Shown here in pieces: positions 19,079 to 22,125 of a stretch of DNA of 22,125 nucleotides. Source of the DNA: Saprolegnia diclina VS20 (Eukaryota). The position numbers were made by a program, and so were the translations under genes. The stretch is from positions 412,625 through 434,749 of the forward strand of contig NW_008246083.1 of assembly GCF_000281045.1 (NCBI RefSeq), read 5' to 3'. Numbering within the stretch: position 1 is the stretch's first letter; every line of letters begins with the position of its first letter. A model generated the notes under the pieces. That model ran no database searches. It was not told the DNA's origin and worked only from the letters and a program-made list of their open reading frames with translations.

Positions 19079-19709
19079 CGTCGCTCAGAATGCAGGAAAT
19101 CGGATTATGAAGTCAAGGCGCCAGGTATCAGCGTCACACTAGCACTGTATATACCGGTATAGTCACGTCCTGGCAAAGATGTGTCGTTGCATTCCGTACC
19201 ACACATTGTCGACGGTGCATTTTGCAAGGCAACTTTGCCAGCTGGTGGTCTAGGCAGCGCCGAGGCTTGCGGTCGGCCGCCAATCGGACGCGCTGGTCGA
19301 TGCTGAATGGGTGCCTGCACGCGTCGTGCGCTGCGGCGTCAACAGCATGGCACAGATCGTGCAGTAGTACGTGCACGTTCAAGCCTTGTACATCCCTTCA
19401 AGTGCTCGATACCGGTCGGTTCAGCCCGCGACCTCGTCCCCCAAGAGAGCTAGAACCCTAGTCCTCTCAAAATTGCTACGCTCGATGCCTCTACTAGTTG
19501 GCTCAGATTCGGTTAAACAAAATTCGTTCCTTCCAAACATAATCTGAGGCCATATTACGGGATTGAAATCAGAGGCCGCGAAAAAACACACTGGCGTGCA
19601 CCGTCACAAATGGATACGAGGGGTAGGGGACTTGGGTGCGAATTCACAAACATCTGGCCGCAGCTGCAGCGACGGGTGCTTCAGGATCTGCACTTTTGAA
19701 CGCGCACCG

Positions 19710-21458
19710 ATGAGTCCACCTCTGTCTTCGCCGCGCCTCGATGCCATTCTGGACGCCGTTCGACCGCTCCTCAACCTCGGCCATGCCAACGACGCGTTCT
19801 TGAGCACTGGCCACGAACGGCTCGCGGCGTCGATTGCGGCTGCTGTCGAGAAACGTGCGCCCATCACTTTTGTCTTGCCGGCGTTCCCTTGCAAGTCGCC
19901 GAATGTCGCGACCGAGGTACTTGGCGTCCTTCCCGACCGCGGCGAAGAGCTCGCGCTCGGCCGTCTCGAGGCCATGTGCGCCGCCATTGGCGCCGTGTAC
20001 CCGCCGGGCGCGACCGTCACCATCTTTAGCGACGGCCGCGTCTTCAGTGCGATCCTGGGTGTGCCCACGGCGATCGTGCTTGCGTACAAACAAGCGCTCG
20101 TGGCCATGGCTGCAGACCGTGCACACATTGTCTTTGACAGTTTGGACAACCATGCCGACTCGATCGACGCGCTCTTGCGACGGTTTCACGTCGACGCCGA
20201 TGTCGTCCACGCTCTTTTGCAGACTGACGCAGGCCTGCAAGCGACGCACGCGACGTTTCTTGGCTTTCTTGAGCGCGACTTGCCAGAGGCCACAAGCGAC
20301 GAGCGACAGGTGGCGGCCAAAGCCATGCTGCAGCGCAACGTCGCCTTTGCTCGCCTTGTCGACGAGGTGTATCCGAGCGCCATTCGCCTCTCGATCCACG
20401 CCACGTCGAACGCCGGACATAAATTTGGCGTCCTTCTCGTGCCCCAAGCTCCGACGACATGCCCGCGCACGCCGTGGCACTGCGTCATCTGCGAAGATCT
20501 CGACGGCACCGTCTCGGCTCTCCCGCGCCACGAGGTCGATATGACGCGCTACGAACTTACGACCAAACGCGGTCAACCCTGGGGTTTTGTGCAAACGCCC
20601 GAGTCGGCCTTGGCGGGCATGGAGGTGACGCTGGCACCGTGGCGCCAAGGTCTTCTGATCACGGCCAACAACACAATGTCGCTGCTCGAGCTGCCAGCAC
20701 GCGCCTTGCGCTCGCTCGCCACCAAGCACAGTGTGGTGTGCCTTCGCGGGTTCCGCGAAGACGACGACATGGAGGTGGTCGCTGCCCACCTCGGCGAGAT
20801 CCTCTCGTGGCCCACCGGCAACATCCTCGAGCTCAAGCAAGACAAGCTTGAAGGTCTTGCGTCGCGGTCGCACGAACCCATGGCGTTCCACTACGACGGC
20901 ATGTTCAAGCGCATTCCAAACAGCAACGTCCTCGGCGACGTGCCCTTGTACCAGTTCTTCCAGTGCTTTGCGCCGTATCCCGACCCGGACGACGATACGA
21001 ACGGACGCACGCTCTTTGTCGACTCGCGTCGACTTCTCGCGGCGCTGCCCGCCGCCGACGTCGACCGCCTACGGGGCTTGCGCATGATGGCACAGACCGC
21101 TGCGAACGCCATGTACGGGTCGGCCAGCCTCACCCACTACGCAGATGTGGTGAGTCACCACCCCGTGACGGGCGAAGAGATTCTGCGCTTCCATGAACCG
21201 TGGGGGGCCGACCGCACCGAGTACCAGCCGACGACGATCACGATCCAGAAAAAAAAGGACGGAGGCGCCGAAGACGACAACGGCGAGCAAGCGTGGTGCT
21301 TTGAGACGCTGGTGCCAAAGCTCTACGATGCAACGTTTTGCTATTCGCACCGGTGGCAGAAAGGGGACTTTGTGCTCTCCGACAACTTTGTGCAGCTGCA
21401 CAGCCGGACGCCGATGGCCAAGGTGGGCCGCGAAATCCAGCGGATTCACATCAATTGA
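19710..21458 (+). CDS. Isocyanide synthase (PvcA/Dit1) fused to a TauD-type Fe(II)/2-oxoglutarate oxygenase (PvcB/IsnB-like), intronless, about 582 aa
   Basis: N-half: FVLPAFPCKSPN, LPDRGEE, IFSDGRVF, IRLSIH, RTPWH. C-half: VCLRGF, FHYDGMF (His 20889, Asp 20895), GRTLFVD, HPVTGEEILRFHEPW, HRWQKGDFVLSDNFVQLHSR (His 21399), REIQRIH. Start placed at the first ATG (19710) rather than TTG 19563. Confidence 0.92.
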   Translation: MSPPLSSPRLDAILDAVRPLLNLGHANDAFLSTGHERLAASIAAAVEKRAPITFVLPAFPCKSPNVATEVLGVLPDRGEELALGRLEAMCAAIGAVYPPGATVTIFSDGRVFSAILGVPTAIVLAYKQALVAMAADRAHIVFDSLDNHADSIDALLRRFHVDADVVHALLQTDAGLQATHATFLGFLERDLPEATSDERQVAAKAMLQRNVAFARLVDEVYPSAIRLSIHATSNAGHKFGVLLVPQAPTTCPRTPWHCVICEDLDGTVSALPRHEVDMTRYELTTKRGQPWGFVQTPESALAGMEVTLAPWRQGLLITANNTMSLLELPARALRSLATKHSVVCLRGFREDDDMEVVAAHLGEILSWPTGNILELKQDKLEGLASRSHEPMAFHYDGMFKRIPNSNVLGDVPLYQFFQCFAPYPDPDDDTNGRTLFVDSRRLLAALPAADVDRLRGLRMMAQTAANAMYGSASLTHYADVVSHHPVTGEEILRFHEPWGADRTEYQPTTITIQKKKDGGAEDDNGEQAWCFETLVPKLYDATFCYSHRWQKGDFVLSDNFVQLHSRTPMAKVGREIQRIHIN

Positions 21459-21603
21459 AGGCATTCAAACACACCATTCATAGACGATAAGATAGAGTTT
21501 GACTGTTTGTTCAGATTTGGGGGATTTCAACTGGTCTCTAGGTGTGGACACGGACAGGACCGCTATCAACGATCGTACTAATGACGTTGTACGGTCGTGC
21601 TCA

Positions 21604-22125
21604 TCATACAAAGTGAGCAATCGGCGTGTCGGGAAGCGGTACCGCGGTCTCAAACCGAGGAGGAAGGACGTCATCTGTGGTCGGCTTCTTCGAGTACACT
21701 GGCTGCATTCGCCACGTCTTGACGTCAAAGAGCACGAGAGAGCCGCGCACCGAGACCGTCAGGAGACCGCTCAGCAGCGCCGACGCGCGATCCATGTAGT
21801 AGACATCGCCAAGCAGCCACCCGTCGTGCGTGAAGAGGTACTTGGCGCCCGCCGTGAGCAGGAGCGACTGACTGCGGCGTAGGGAAGCCGAGACAGGCCA
21901 CAAGGCTCGCACAAGACCGTAGCAGACGCAGTTGCAGGCGACGATCACCGCAATCAAAAGCAAAACGCGATCGAGAAACCCGATCGCGATGGAGCCTGTC
22001 GAGCACTCGACTTGGAAATCGAGCGCCGTAGAGACGCAGCGAAAGTCCATAGTCGCCCGGTGCTCAACAGGCTGAAGGGATGAGAGGCAAGCTGCAATCG
22101 ACCAAACGAGCAGACTGTTGATGGT
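21604..22125 (-). CDS. 3' end of a multi-pass membrane protein (partial, runs off the window edge), resembling an expanded Saprolegniales hypothetical family
   Basis: Frame open from the window end (TINSLLVWSIAACLSSLQPVEHRATMDFRC...) to TGA 21604. TM segment VLLLIAVIVACNCVCYGLV and tail motifs SLLLTAGAKYLF, YYMDRASALLSG, FDVKTWR. The family assignment is from recall, not a search. Confidence 0.75.
   Translation of the reverse strand, partial: TINSLLVWSIAACLSSLQPVEHRATMDFRCVSTALDFQVECSTGSIAIGFLDRVLLLIAVIVACNCVCYGLVRALWPVSASLRRSQSLLLTAGAKYLFTHDGWLLGDVYYMDRASALLSGLLTVSVRGSLVLFDVKTWRMQPVYSKKPTTDDVLPPRFETAVPLPDTPIAHFV

Noticed and set aside
19100..19560. Small ORFs and a TGCACGC metal-response-like heptamer between the two isocyanide synthase genes
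   Set aside because: The ORFs lack motifs, and a 7-mer of this kind is expected by chance in GC-rich DNA.
1..22125. Prokaryotic origin, CRISPR array, tRNA/rRNA or transposon
   Set aside because: Abundant spliceosomal introns show a eukaryotic locus. I saw no repeat-spacer array, structural RNA signature, transposase or terminal repeats.

Overview
Gene-dense, GC-rich eukaryotic DNA with very short (about 41-61 nt) GT-AG introns and an oomycete-type INR/FPR core promoter. It is most likely from a Saprolegniales water mould (inference). About 12 protein genes can be read: a type II membrane protein, an Rce1-like CAAX protease, a putatively myristoylated globin, two small hypothetical genes, SCOT (OXCT-like), a RING-v protein, a TBC1D20-like Rab GAP and a partial multi-pass membrane protein, plus three genes in two stand-out loci. 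(1) A 14-exon minus-strand gene (14646->9607, about 1479 aa), fragmented in the ORF track, splices into SAM - CHAT caspase-like protease (His/Cys intact) - Cys/His-rich linker - NB-ARC-like STAND NTPase - TPR array - KH domain - R/G-rich tail. This is an NLR-like protease with a candidate RNA-sensing C-terminus. (2) A head-to-head pair of intronless isocyanide (isonitrile) synthase genes: a stand-alone PvcA/Dit1-type gene and a PvcA-TauD (PvcB-like Fe/2OG) fusion. All exon models were assembled by hand from splice consensus and reading-frame continuity. No database search was run.
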